Origin: Candidatus Saccharimonadota bacterium
GTDB taxonomy: Bacteria > Patescibacteriota > Gracilibacteria > UBA4473
Direction: 5' to 3'
Assembly (NCBI GenBank): GCA_030429505.1
Contig: JAUIFI010000001.1
Span: forward strand, 300,001-332,000
Length of the DNA: 32,000 bases
This document shows, piece by piece, positions 1 through 8,638 of the stretch. The notes beneath the pieces are model-generated. The model was not told the origin of the DNA, searched no databases, and worked only from the letters and a program-made list of their open reading frames with translations. The position numbers and the translations under genes were made by a program. Position 1 is the stretch's first letter. Each line of letters begins with the position of its first letter.

Positions 1-1980
1 GCGAGAGCGATTCTTAAGCGGCAAGAAACTTTAAAGGAATCACTAGGTGATAATATACCTCATGCATTAAAAGATCCTTTCCTTTTTCACTCTCTGTTAG
101 TATCAAAAGAGTTCCACTATAAAGATAAAATAAAGCTTTCAAATCAATTTTTACAAAATTTATCAACATTACCAATACTGCATCATAACAAAGTGGCATT
201 TTTGGCTATGCTCATTTCTTCATTAGAACCAAAGTTAGCTCATTTTTTATCAAGTAAAATTTTAGAAGCTTATAGAAAGTTTCAAAAACAAGAAGAAGAA
301 TCCTCATCTGACCCTATTGTGAATTTCTTTTACTCAATTCGAGAAGAAAAACGCCAAAAAAATCAAGAAAAGTACTATAAAAGAATTTGGGCCGCATGGC
401 TGGAAAGCCATCCGGATAAAGAGAGTGAAGAGTATAAAGAAGAGAAAAAAGAACTCCAAAATTCTATAGATAGTTTTGAGGATGCATTCCTGTTTGCTTC
501 TGTATTGAAGGTAGAAGGATGTGAATTACATATTAAAAATAGAGTGGATGAGGCTATAAAAATGTATAGAGATTGTGGTATGAATTTTCCCGAAGCTGAA
601 ACACAAATAGAAATGATTTTGGAATTTTTTGATGAACTGTCCCAAAAGGATAAAAAGAACTTATTTTTACAAAGTTGGAGAATAATTGAAAAAGCCCTTG
701 GAACTCGAATATGGGGGCAATTGTCAAGTCTGCAATCTCAGGAAGAGGTGGACATAGTAGCAGAAAGCTTTACATCTCAAATAAAATCTTTAATTGAAGA
801 TTCAATTGTTTCCTCTCGAGAGATTTTAAGAGATAACGAATTTTCACCTTTTTCAAACTTATCACGATATATAAATAATCTTTTCAAGGCAATGATGCTA
901 CTCTTTGGAGGTGAAGGAGATAGATTAGAAGTTTTGTTTAAAAGAGCAGATAGAGAATATAACCTTCTGTATGATTCTAATCGGATTGTAAAATTAGAAG
1001 AAGCAAAACAAAGACTGAAAAATCCAGAGAACCATCTAGAACTTTCTCAAAAAATTAAAAAGATCTTTGATATCAATAATATTAGTATTGTTTCTTTAGG
1101 AGATTCCACTATCAGTAATGATTTTCATCAAATTGCAGAAAAAGTTGTTTCTGAAAATGAGATGCATTCTGAGTCAGATGTAATAGAGAGTTCTCCGACA
1201 TATGGAATATGGAAAGAAGTCACCTTCATACCTATTAAAAATAAAGAAGAAGTATTAATCTTAAAAACCCAAAGAAAATTGTTTACAGAAGAAAAGCTCA
1301 TTATTCAGGCAGCCATAAACCAAGAAGACCTAGATATATCAGTTTTTGCGCTTCGACATTTGCAAGAAGAGACGGTTAATGATTCAGATTTATCTGAGAC
1401 TCAACGGGAAGAAAATGAAGAGTTATATGTTACTGGAACTGGTCGGAGACCCGTCGGATATAAAAGACCTAATCCTAGAAAATTTTGGAGACGTATTATT
1501 GATAAAGATACTGAAACATTGATGACGGCAGTAAGCGTATCTCCTCTAACAGATTTTTCTATTGCTTTTGTTTATGCTGGGATTCCAAAAGAACAAGCTC
1601 AATCGTACCTTGCAAATACGTTTGGTATAGATATAGAAGAATGTAGCTACGCAGGGGATTTATCAATTAATAATGCGAAAAGAAAAACATTATTTCCAAA
1701 GATTAGTCATGCTTGTGGAAAATTATCTCTTGAACTAGGAAAAAAGTATGTAGTAATGAGTGCTCACCTCTCTGTTATACAAAGTCTGCAAAGAGTTATT
1801 GGTCGCGAGAATTTGCGTATAATAAGCGGTGAAGTACTGAGTTTGGATCAAAAATTGAAAATTCTGATTCAAGATCATGGCTGGAAAGAAAGTTTTGCGA
1901 AAGAATCTCTTGATTTATACACTCATCAAAACTCTGCTATCATTCTAGTGGAAGCAGAAAAGCTTTCTGAAGTTATTTAA
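1..1980 (+). CDS. Large hypothetical protein, 5'-truncated by the window edge (659 aa visible)
   Basis: Frame 1 is stop-free from nt 1 into track ORF 193..1980 (my translation of 1..192: ARAILKRQETLKESLGDNIPHALKDPFLFHSLLVSKEF...), so the GTG at 193 is probably internal. It is Glu/Lys-rich with no TM segment, signal peptide or catalytic motif that I recognise. Its stop lies 9 nt before the histidine kinase start. Confidence 0.6.
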   Translation, partial: ARAILKRQETLKESLGDNIPHALKDPFLFHSLLVSKEFHYKDKIKLSNQFLQNLSTLPILHHNKVAFLAMLISSLEPKLAHFLSSKILEAYRKFQKQEEESSSDPIVNFFYSIREEKRQKNQEKYYKRIWAAWLESHPDKESEEYKEEKKELQNSIDSFEDAFLFASVLKVEGCELHIKNRVDEAIKMYRDCGMNFPEAETQIEMILEFFDELSQKDKKNLFLQSWRIIEKALGTRIWGQLSSLQSQEEVDIVAESFTSQIKSLIEDSIVSSREILRDNEFSPFSNLSRYINNLFKAMMLLFGGEGDRLEVLFKRADREYNLLYDSNRIVKLEEAKQRLKNPENHLELSQKIKKIFDINNISIVSLGDSTISNDFHQIAEKVVSENEMHSESDVIESSPTYGIWKEVTFIPIKNKEEVLILKTQRKLFTEEKLIIQAAINQEDLDISVFALRHLQEETVNDSDLSETQREENEELYVTGTGRRPVGYKRPNPRKFWRRIIDKDTETLMTAVSVSPLTDFSIAFVYAGIPKEQAQSYLANTFGIDIEECSYAGDLSINNAKRKTLFPKISHACGKLSLELGKKYVVMSAHLSVIQSLQRVIGRENLRIISGEVLSLDQKLKILIQDHGWKESFAKESLDLYTHQNSAIILVEAEKLSEVI

Positions 1981-1989
1981 TTTTATATT

Positions 1990-4065
1990 ATGTTCATTCA
2001 AAATCTCTTAATTTTTTCTAGCATACTATCTCTTCTCGTAGGAGGAATAGTTTGGTGGACAAAAAATATCCGGATAAGAGATAAATTATTTTTTTTAGGA
2101 TTTGTTACAGGAGCTTTTATCTGGGGAGGCGGAATCCTTTTAAACTTTCGCTATCCAGCAGGAATTATCTATTCCTATGGAGATATTCCCTATATTACTA
2201 TGCAAGTTTTATTTTTCGGAGCAGCATTAATGATCAGTTCTCAGTATTGGTTTTTTAGTATTTATAGAAACCAGAAATTTAGTATTTCTAAAAACCATTA
2301 TATTTCCTTATTACTTTTTTTAATTTTCATGATTTTACTTCTTATGAAAGATACTATATTTGGGAATATAAAGTTTTCACCAGAAAGATATACCATTCTA
2401 GAAAATGGACAGTATGTTCATTTTTTTGTTGTATATGTTTTATTTTTCTATTTTTCTAGCTTATTTACACTTCTAAAAAGAATAGCTGTTGAAAAAGGAG
2501 TGTATAAAAAGCAACTACAGTTTTTATTTTTTTCATTTCTATTTTTTAATACTTCAGCCATTGTGACCAATCTATTTTTGCCAACCTATTTTAATATCCC
2601 AGAATTTAATCTAATCGGTCCAGTTTTTTACATTATCGAAGCAAGTGTATTTTTTTATACCACAACAAAGTTGAGGTTTTTAGATATTCAACTAACAGCT
2701 CAAAAATACTTAACGTATGTGACAAACATAAGCTTATACATGATTCCATTTATAGCTTTAGTTCATAATGCTACTTCTTTTAGTGCATTAATACGAGTCA
2801 TGCTTTACGCTCTATATGCAATTCTTATTGTTGTTTTTTGGAAAGATACATTTTGTATTTTGAATGGTTTTTGGAATTACGTTTTTTATAGAAAAAAAGA
2901 TAATCCTTTAGAAAAGATTAAAGGAACTACCCAGGCATTTCAGACTTCTCTTGATCAAGGACTGAGCGTCTTATCTAAAAGTTTGGGAGTAGGAAAAGCT
3001 ATTTTCGCAACCCCTGATCAATTGGGAACAAATCTAAGTCAATTTTTTTCCTCTTATCCGACAAAAGAACTAGTGAGAGACGAACTTGAATTTAAGCTAG
3101 ATGGCGAGAAACAGGATAAAAAACTTAAAAAAGTTAAGTCTGAATTGGAAAAATACATGATAGCAGCAGCTTTTCCTGTGATAGGAAAAAATAAAGAATT
3201 ATTAGGAGTAATTTTGCTAGAACAAAAAATGGATGGAAACCCTTTTTCAGCGCAAGAAATTCAAGAAACAAAGCATATGTTGAGAGAAGCTACTATATAT
3301 TTAGCAAAAGAAAAAGATTACGAGCAGATTCGAAAACGTCTTAAAAATACTCATGTAGTACCCAAAGAATTTCTAACCAATTTAATGCATGAAGTAAGCC
3401 ATCCCCTCATGATGGCAAGAAATATTGATCAAATGATTGAATGGCAGCGCTTAAAACCAGAAGATCAACAGTTTATTAAATCTTCTCAAGAAGACCTGCA
3501 AGCATTAAGTAAAAAACTTGATCGACTATCATATGCGTTTCAATGGCAAGCAGGAATGCTTTCGGTTCAAAAAAGTATCGGACTATTGGAGGATTCTATT
3601 CGTTTCGCGATAGAAGATCTGCAAGCTGAAATTCCTGAGATAAAAAAATGGGCTTCAGTTTATACCGATATAAGTCTGAAAGGGAAAACATATTATTTTG
3701 ACAGCTATCTTCTCAAAGAAGCTTTTCGAGAGATTATTAAAAATGCTTTCTTTTTTCAAAATCGAAAGAAAAAAAAGCTAAAAGTTACTCTTCACCAAGA
3801 GAGAAGTAATAATATTATTTTGGATTTTATAGATGAAGGTATGGGTATTGCAAAAGAGCATTGGGAGGATATTTTCCAAATTATGCATGTTTTAGCTTAT
3901 AGCAGAAATGAATCTGAAAGTGGTCTAGGTGTGGGGCTTACAATTACTCGAGGAATTATAGAAGCACATGGAGGAAATATTGAAATAATAAAAAGTCAGG
4001 TAAATAAAGGAACAACTTTTCGCGTCCAATTACCTCTTGAAACTTATACAGAAAATAATCTTTAA
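1990..4065 (+). CDS. Membrane-bound sensor histidine kinase (multi-TM N-terminal domain plus HisKA/HATPase_c core)
   Basis: The N-terminal ~300 aa contain many hydrophobic helices. H-box LMHEVSHPL, N-box EIIKNAFFF, G1 FIDEGMGI, G2 GLGVGLTITRGIIEAHGGNIEI and the GTTFRVQLPL tail are all present. No response regulator is encoded in the window. Confidence 0.85.
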   Translation: MFIQNLLIFSSILSLLVGGIVWWTKNIRIRDKLFFLGFVTGAFIWGGGILLNFRYPAGIIYSYGDIPYITMQVLFFGAALMISSQYWFFSIYRNQKFSISKNHYISLLLFLIFMILLLMKDTIFGNIKFSPERYTILENGQYVHFFVVYVLFFYFSSLFTLLKRIAVEKGVYKKQLQFLFFSFLFFNTSAIVTNLFLPTYFNIPEFNLIGPVFYIIEASVFFYTTTKLRFLDIQLTAQKYLTYVTNISLYMIPFIALVHNATSFSALIRVMLYALYAILIVVFWKDTFCILNGFWNYVFYRKKDNPLEKIKGTTQAFQTSLDQGLSVLSKSLGVGKAIFATPDQLGTNLSQFFSSYPTKELVRDELEFKLDGEKQDKKLKKVKSELEKYMIAAAFPVIGKNKELLGVILLEQKMDGNPFSAQEIQETKHMLREATIYLAKEKDYEQIRKRLKNTHVVPKEFLTNLMHEVSHPLMMARNIDQMIEWQRLKPEDQQFIKSSQEDLQALSKKLDRLSYAFQWQAGMLSVQKSIGLLEDSIRFAIEDLQAEIPEIKKWASVYTDISLKGKTYYFDSYLLKEAFREIIKNAFFFQNRKKKKLKVTLHQERSNNIILDFIDEGMGIAKEHWEDIFQIMHVLAYSRNESESGLGVGLTITRGIIEAHGGNIEIIKSQVNKGTTFRVQLPLETYTENNL

Positions 4066-5012
4066 TTTTGATGTATAGTGGCTATTTTCCTAGCTTTTGT
4101 TATAACATACTCCCCAGCATAAGAAGATTCAGTACATTCTATTTTAAATCCTGTGTGATGAAATAAATTTTGCAAATCATCTTCTAAAAAGTGTTTTACT
4201 TTAATGCCTTCTTTCACAAAGCAAAGATTACATAAAAGATTTACAAATAATTTTCTTTTTTCTTCCGGATTTTCTAAGTTTTTTATCAGCTTATTTGCTA
4301 AAACGTGCACATTTTCTTCTTCCGAAGGAATCCCCCTTCTCTGGAGTTCATACCGAATGATATTAAGCACAACTTTTGCTGATTCTTGTTTTGGAGTACT
4401 GGTTATCAGAATTCCTCCATCTTTTAAAGCTCTATTAACCTTTAAAAGCAGTTGTATGGGGGTATTAGTGAATTCCATAGTATTAACTATCGTAGCAATG
4501 TGTACTGAGTGGTTTTGAATAAATGGAGGAAAATTTATATTTAAATCATGAACTTTATAATTTACCTCAGGATATTTTGCTTGAGCACTAGCTATCATTT
4601 CTGGTGAAATATCCATAGCTGTTATATTATGAATAGGGACTAGTTTTTGATGGAGCATATACTCTTGGGTTCCATTTCCGCACCCTAAATTTAGTTGCGA
4701 TATTGAATCCTCAGATGCTTGTCCTGAATGAATAATTTCATTACGCACACGAATAGTATTAGTAGCTATTCTTTCTTGTAAATCAGTATAAGAAAAAAGG
4801 TTGAAAAGAGCATCATATCCGTACTCATAACACGCCCACAACAACCGCTCATCCTTTTGAAGCTCTAAGACCAAAATATCTGTCGTTTCTTTAAAATCAG
4901 CCTCCGCCAATAATTTTTGATCTACTTTTTCCAATAGAGCTCTTAGGGCTTTATTTCCCATATTTTCTAATGTAAGTGGCACACTATCTTTTTCAAGCAT
5001 ATAAATTTTCAC
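4062..5012 (-). CDS. Class I SAM-dependent methyltransferase with ~100-aa N-terminal extension
   Basis: Motif I LNLGCGNGTQ, an acidic post-I residue in ITAMDISPEMI, and LKDGGILI (motif-III-like). Its stop codon overlaps the kinase stop (ttaa at 4062-4065). Confidence 0.75.
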   Translation of the reverse strand: MKIYMLEKDSVPLTLENMGNKALRALLEKVDQKLLAEADFKETTDILVLELQKDERLLWACYEYGYDALFNLFSYTDLQERIATNTIRVRNEIIHSGQASEDSISQLNLGCGNGTQEYMLHQKLVPIHNITAMDISPEMIASAQAKYPEVNYKVHDLNINFPPFIQNHSVHIATIVNTMEFTNTPIQLLLKVNRALKDGGILITSTPKQESAKVVLNIIRYELQRRGIPSEEENVHVLANKLIKNLENPEEKRKLFVNLLCNLCFVKEGIKVKHFLEDDLQNLFHHTGFKIECTESSYAGEYVITKARKIATIHQN

Positions 5013-5086
5013 TTATATAGTCTTATAAGACAATAAGATGCTTTTGTCAATTGTGGTCGAATGTATCTAATATTCCTATAAACTTC

Positions 5087-5163
5087 TGGTCGGGGTGACT
5101 GGACTCGAACCAGCGACCTCATGGTCCCAAACCATGCACTCTAGCCAACTGAGCTACACCCCG
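5087..5163 (-). tRNA. tRNA-Pro (anticodon UGG), CCA encoded
   Basis: Reverse complement: CGGGGTG TA GCTC AGTTGGCTA GAGT G CATGG TTTGGGA CCATG AGGTC GCTGG TTCGAGT CCAGT CACCCCG A CCA. This folds by hand into a full cloverleaf with TGG at anticodon positions 34-36. Confidence 0.95.
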
Positions 5164-5345
5164 TCGTCGCTAGGTGATTACACTTACTTCATTTTTCGCT
5201 TTGCGAAAATCTCAGAATGCTTCATCACCGCTCCTCTCGCTCACACGGACTACTCGATTTCATGAACGGTCCGTTCTCGCTACACTCGACCGAACCTATT
5301 CAATCTGCGTTACCCCGTATTTACGGTTTATAAAGTAAAAAAGAG
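5164..5345 (-). ncRNA. Candidate structured RNA or long structured 5' leader co-oriented with tRNA-Pro; class unknown
   Basis: Non-coding, yet 33/60 GC by hand count at 5221-5280, versus 8/60 in the 7081-7140 intergenic region. Inverted repeats: 5193-5199/5203-5209 (TTTTCGC/GCGAAAA) nested in 5173-5178/5224-5229 (GGTGAT/ATCACC); 5245-5250/5269-5274 (ACGGAC/GTCCGT), competing with local hairpin 5264-5276; and 5315-5318/5323-5326. Direct repeat TCTCGCT(C)ACAC at 5235 and 5275. I saw no SRP, tmRNA, RNase P or 5S signature. Confidence 0.3.
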
Positions 5346-5352
5346 CTGATAA

Positions 5353-5380
5353 ATGCTAGACTTCAGAAGCGAAAAGTCAA
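5353..5380 (-). promoter_or_regulatory. Putative sigma70-type promoter driving the leader plus tRNA-Pro
   Basis: On the minus strand: TTGACT (5380..5375), 16 nt, TAGCAT (5358..5353). The predicted TSS is near 5346. Confidence 0.3.
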
Positions 5381-5418
5381 CTTGATTTTTTCACTCCAAT
5401 CACGCAAACTCCGCTTCG

Positions 5419-7083
5419 ATGAGAATCAAAAAAGAATTAGAAAAAAAGTTTATGCTTTTGGGTGTAGCTATTTTCCTGATAGCTATTTTTCTGGGATATC
5501 GATTTTTTACTTCTATAGATTTAGCTCATATATTATCTGGAGAGTCTATGTACGCAGTAGAAGTGAATCTCAAAGAAATTGCTCTTCAAAAAGAAAAAGC
5601 AGATGCACTATCAGAAGTAATTTCTCTGGGAAATGAATTCTTTGAACAAAATTTCCCACTCCACTTTGAAACAGAAATAATGCCCTGGATGGGAAATAAG
5701 TTCGGAATATCTGGCTTTGAAAATGGTGAAAAAGTTATAGTATTCAGCATCCAAAATCAAAGAAATCTCCAAGCTTCACTCGAAAAACTTCTGGTCTCCG
5801 GTGAATCTTTTCAGAAAGAATCTTTTGAAGAAGGAGAAATATGGACTGCCGAGTTTTCATCAGATATTGCGCTTGGCTTTATTCGAAATTACATTCTTTT
5901 TTCTCACTCAAAAGAAGCGATACAAAAAACCTTATCAAAAAAAACAAAACTAGCTCAAACTCCAAAATACCGAGAGCTCAAAAAAGATAAACCGCGTCAA
6001 GCTTTATTTTCAGTCTTTATCGATACAGAAAAATGGCAAGAAACATTACATCCGGAAACTTTTCGATCTATTCGCCCTCTTTTTTCTGTGCTTGCCACCA
6101 GCCTACCCGCAGTAGGCATATACGGATATTTTGAAGACGAAGGTTTAAACGTCAGTAGTAAAATCATCACCACGGAAGGCGTCTTTAAATCAAGACATAT
6201 CCCCAATATTAAAGGCAAAGACGTTCCAACACTTGCTCAATTTGTTCCTCAGGACGTACTTTTTTTTATGAGTGGCTTTAATCTTTATGAAAAATACGAG
6301 CATACGAATGAATTTTTAAGTGATATGAATGATCAATTGCCATTAATTTTAGAAGGAATACTTAGATCAACTTCTCGAGATGTAGTGGGAGATAATTTTG
6401 ATTTTGAAAATGACTTTTTATCACACTTGACAGGACATTATGCTTTTGTTTTAGACCAAGACAAAGACACCTTCCCACTGATCAATATTACATTGATTGC
6501 CAACTTTGAAGAAGCAGATATAGAGGCTAATCTCTCTCGTATACACGAAATCATAAGGTCAGCTCAAGGATATTTTACTCCTACCATCAAGGAAGTAACA
6601 CTCCCAGATGGAACTGTGAGAGAAGAGCTTATTGCGGCGGAAGAAAGAGAAATTCCTATAAAAAAGATTCAATTTCAAGACTATACATACTTTACAGCTC
6701 AAACGGATAAAAGTAGCGACAAAGCCTTTTCCTATGGTTTTATTGAAGGATACTTTGTTTTTTCATCTCACGAAAAAGGAGTAGAAACCGTTATTTCATC
6801 GCTTACAAAAAAACACAAAAATCTCAGCCAAAATCAAGATTTTCTTCAAAGTGCAAAACTCTATTTCAGTCCTTCAGAAAGTTATGGATTTATAAATTTA
6901 TCGAAACTTCTTGCGATAGAAACGTGGTTTTCATCTTTTTCTGCAATAGATAGAGAGGATGAGAGTTTCTTTTCTACCACAAATTTTCAAAATTTTCTCC
7001 AGACAACCTTCCGCAATATAACTTTCGTACGCAAAGTTTTCCCCAAAGAGATATTTATTCAATCCATTCTCTTTTTTCGGTAG
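5419..7083 (+). CDS. Membrane-anchored hypothetical protein (single N-terminal TM, large extracytoplasmic domain)
   Basis: 554-aa ORF with N-terminal hydrophobic helix LLGVAIFLIAIFLGYRFF. The overall layout reminds me of DUF3352-type proteins, but I cannot verify that. No catalytic motifs. TAG stop. Confidence 0.6.
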   Translation: MRIKKELEKKFMLLGVAIFLIAIFLGYRFFTSIDLAHILSGESMYAVEVNLKEIALQKEKADALSEVISLGNEFFEQNFPLHFETEIMPWMGNKFGISGFENGEKVIVFSIQNQRNLQASLEKLLVSGESFQKESFEEGEIWTAEFSSDIALGFIRNYILFSHSKEAIQKTLSKKTKLAQTPKYRELKKDKPRQALFSVFIDTEKWQETLHPETFRSIRPLFSVLATSLPAVGIYGYFEDEGLNVSSKIITTEGVFKSRHIPNIKGKDVPTLAQFVPQDVLFFMSGFNLYEKYEHTNEFLSDMNDQLPLILEGILRSTSRDVVGDNFDFENDFLSHLTGHYAFVLDQDKDTFPLINITLIANFEEADIEANLSRIHEIIRSAQGYFTPTIKEVTLPDGTVREELIAAEEREIPIKKIQFQDYTYFTAQTDKSSDKAFSYGFIEGYFVFSSHEKGVETVISSLTKKHKNLSQNQDFLQSAKLYFSPSESYGFINLSKLLAIETWFSSFSAIDREDESFFSTTNFQNFLQTTFRNITFVRKVFPKEIFIQSILFFR

Positions 7084-7113
7084 AACTATTTCTAAAAAAT
7101 ATATAAAATAATA

Positions 7114-7142
7114 TTGACTTAATTTGTCAATTATTTTACAAT
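7114..7142 (+). promoter_or_regulatory. Sigma70-type promoter for the 7167 gene
   Basis: TTGACT (7114-7119), 17 nt, TACAAT (7137-7142), 24 nt upstream of the ATG. The -35 box lies within palindrome TTGAC-N7-GTCAA (7114-7130). Confidence 0.55.
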
Positions 7143-7166
7143 GAAACATAGCTTCGAAAAATAACT

Positions 7167-8585
7167 ATGAGTAGCAACCCGAAAAATCAAGTTTTATCTT
7201 TTCTAAAAAGAGCTCAGAAAATACTCCTCATTGCGCCCAAAGATTGGTCAGGCGACCAAGTAGCCGCCATGATGGCATTGCATTCAATCTTGTCATCCAA
7301 CAAGAAAGAAGTTATCTCTATAGCTCCTCACAAAGTTCCCCATAAATTCGAGTTTTTAGGCGAACAAAAATTTATTCGTAAAGACCTAGAAGAAGAAGGG
7401 GATTTTGTGATGTCTATCTCTACAGAAAAGACTAAAGTTGACCGGGTTAAATACACCATTAAAGACAATGAGGTCGATATTATCGTGTCTCCCAAATCAG
7501 GTCGATTCCATGCTTCAGATGTGTCCTTTCATCAGAGCAGCGGTACCTTTGATGTTATCGTTACTCTCGGAGTCAATAGTCTGGATGAGGTGGGGGAGTT
7601 TTTTGAAGAAAATCCACGATTGTTTTCATCAACTCCAATTATAAATATTGCCGTTTCTCCTACCAACGAGTTTTTTGGAAGGATTAATCTCATCGACCCT
7701 ACTTGTTCGTCTGTCTGCGAGATTTTATACGATATGATATCCAAGGAAGAAGATTATCTCCAACACCTCAATGAACGGATTGCCACTTTGCTTTTAACTG
7801 GAATTATTTCTGCTACTGGTAGCTTTCTCGAACCCAATACCACAGCAAGCAGTTTTGAAGCAGCAGCCAAACTTCAAGAAAAAGGCGCCAATCAATCAGA
7901 TATAATCGAGCATTTATTTAAAATGAAAGCGCTTTCCACCTTAAAATTATGGGGGCGCATTCTAGGAAATTTGGAAATAGATCCCATCCATCATATTAGC
8001 TGGGCAAGCTTATCGAAAGCAGATTTCGAAATTAGTGATGCTGATCCAGATGATCGAGAAAACATCTCTGACAATATCTTGCGTCATATCAAGCAAAATG
8101 ATCTTGCAGCTCTTTTTATAGAAACTGGAGACAATACTGTTATAGAAATCCGTACCGATTCTCCGGCTGTAGATATTCATGAACTTCATAAAACCCTAGG
8201 CAGTTCGGGAAAAATAGTTTCCAATGGATTAAATTTTATTATTCCTGGAAAAGGGCTTGTTGAAGTACAGTTTGAAATACTCAAACTACTTCTCCAATTT
8301 CAGAAAAAAAGACTCCACATTTCATCAGATGTAGAAATGCAAAAGATGCGATTTGAAGCTGATATTAAAGAAGTGCAACCTGAAGAATCACCATCAAAAA
8401 ATCACAAAACTGTAACTCCTGAAGCCCCCAAACACATCCCTTTTGAAGTTTCCACCAGAGAAGCAGAAAAAATTCAAGATAAGCCTGTAGAAAATTCAAA
8501 AAAAGAACCACCAGCGCAAAAGGAAAAAGAAATTAATACAAAGGATACAAACCTTCCTGATTGGCTTAAAAAAAAGAGTGATTAA
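7167..8585 (+). CDS. DHH/DHHA1-fold (NrnA-like) protein with degenerate catalytic motifs and a Lys/Glu/Pro-rich C-terminal tail
   Basis: Collinear with the NrnA motif order, but catalytic residues are replaced. ILLIAPKDWSGDQVAA stands for HxxPDxDxxGS. VIVTLGVNSLD stands for the CDT motif. IINIAVSPTNEFFG stands for IDHHxxNxxFG. GIISATGSFLEPNTT stands for GIxxDTGxFxxxNTT. LGSSGKIVSNG stands for GGGHxxAAG. The last ~90 aa are low-complexity (PEESPSKNHKTVTPEAPK...KKEPPAQKEKE). Confidence 0.7.
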   Translation: MSSNPKNQVLSFLKRAQKILLIAPKDWSGDQVAAMMALHSILSSNKKEVISIAPHKVPHKFEFLGEQKFIRKDLEEEGDFVMSISTEKTKVDRVKYTIKDNEVDIIVSPKSGRFHASDVSFHQSSGTFDVIVTLGVNSLDEVGEFFEENPRLFSSTPIINIAVSPTNEFFGRINLIDPTCSSVCEILYDMISKEEDYLQHLNERIATLLLTGIISATGSFLEPNTTASSFEAAAKLQEKGANQSDIIEHLFKMKALSTLKLWGRILGNLEIDPIHHISWASLSKADFEISDADPDDRENISDNILRHIKQNDLAALFIETGDNTVIEIRTDSPAVDIHELHKTLGSSGKIVSNGLNFIIPGKGLVEVQFEILKLLLQFQKKRLHISSDVEMQKMRFEADIKEVQPEESPSKNHKTVTPEAPKHIPFEVSTREAEKIQDKPVENSKKEPPAQKEKEINTKDTNLPDWLKKKSD

Positions 8586-8590
8586 TGCTA

Positions 8591-8619
8591 TTGAAATTAG
8601 CTAGAAAACATGTTACAAT
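8591..8619 (+). promoter_or_regulatory. Sigma70-type promoter for the 8639 gene
   Basis: TTGAAA (8591-8596), 17 nt, TACAAT (8614-8619), 19 nt upstream of the ATG. Confidence 0.55.
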
Positions 8620-8638
8620 AAAAAGATAAGCCCATATT

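Noticed and set aside
4204-4518. Nested antisense or overlapping short ORFs. Examples: 14..199, 4204..4518, 5382..5636, 5997..6218, 6931..7149, 7438..7744, 8767..9033, 9887..10741 set, 11212..11418, 11865..12154, 12353..12556, 13373..13651, 14843..15150, 15310..15516, 15782..16972 set, 18854..19090, 19828..20028, 20370..20750, 21789..22112, 22434..22832, 23362..23743, 24596..24907, 26236..26958 set, 28436..28769, 30228..31429 set.
   Set aside because: Each lies inside or antisense to a longer ORF with clear homology or coherent features. The translations are low-complexity or hydrophobic junk typical of AT-rich antisense frames.
5043-5052. Shared 10-mer TTTGTCAATT at 5043 and 7122 as a common regulator site
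   Set aside because: Many 10-mer coincidences are expected by chance in 32 kb of AT-rich sequence. The two copies have different contexts and orientation relative to the genes.
5164-5345. Identifying the GC-rich leader as tmRNA, SRP RNA, RNase P RNA, 6S or 5S rRNA
   Set aside because: The GGGGTAACGCAG... start superficially resembles a tmRNA 5' end. However, there is no tRNA-like 3' domain, no UUCGAC, no SRP GGAA-tetraloop/AGCA motif, no RNase P GAGGAAAGUCC/ACAGAA pair and no 5S loop signatures, and the length is wrong for most of these. It is left as an unknown class.
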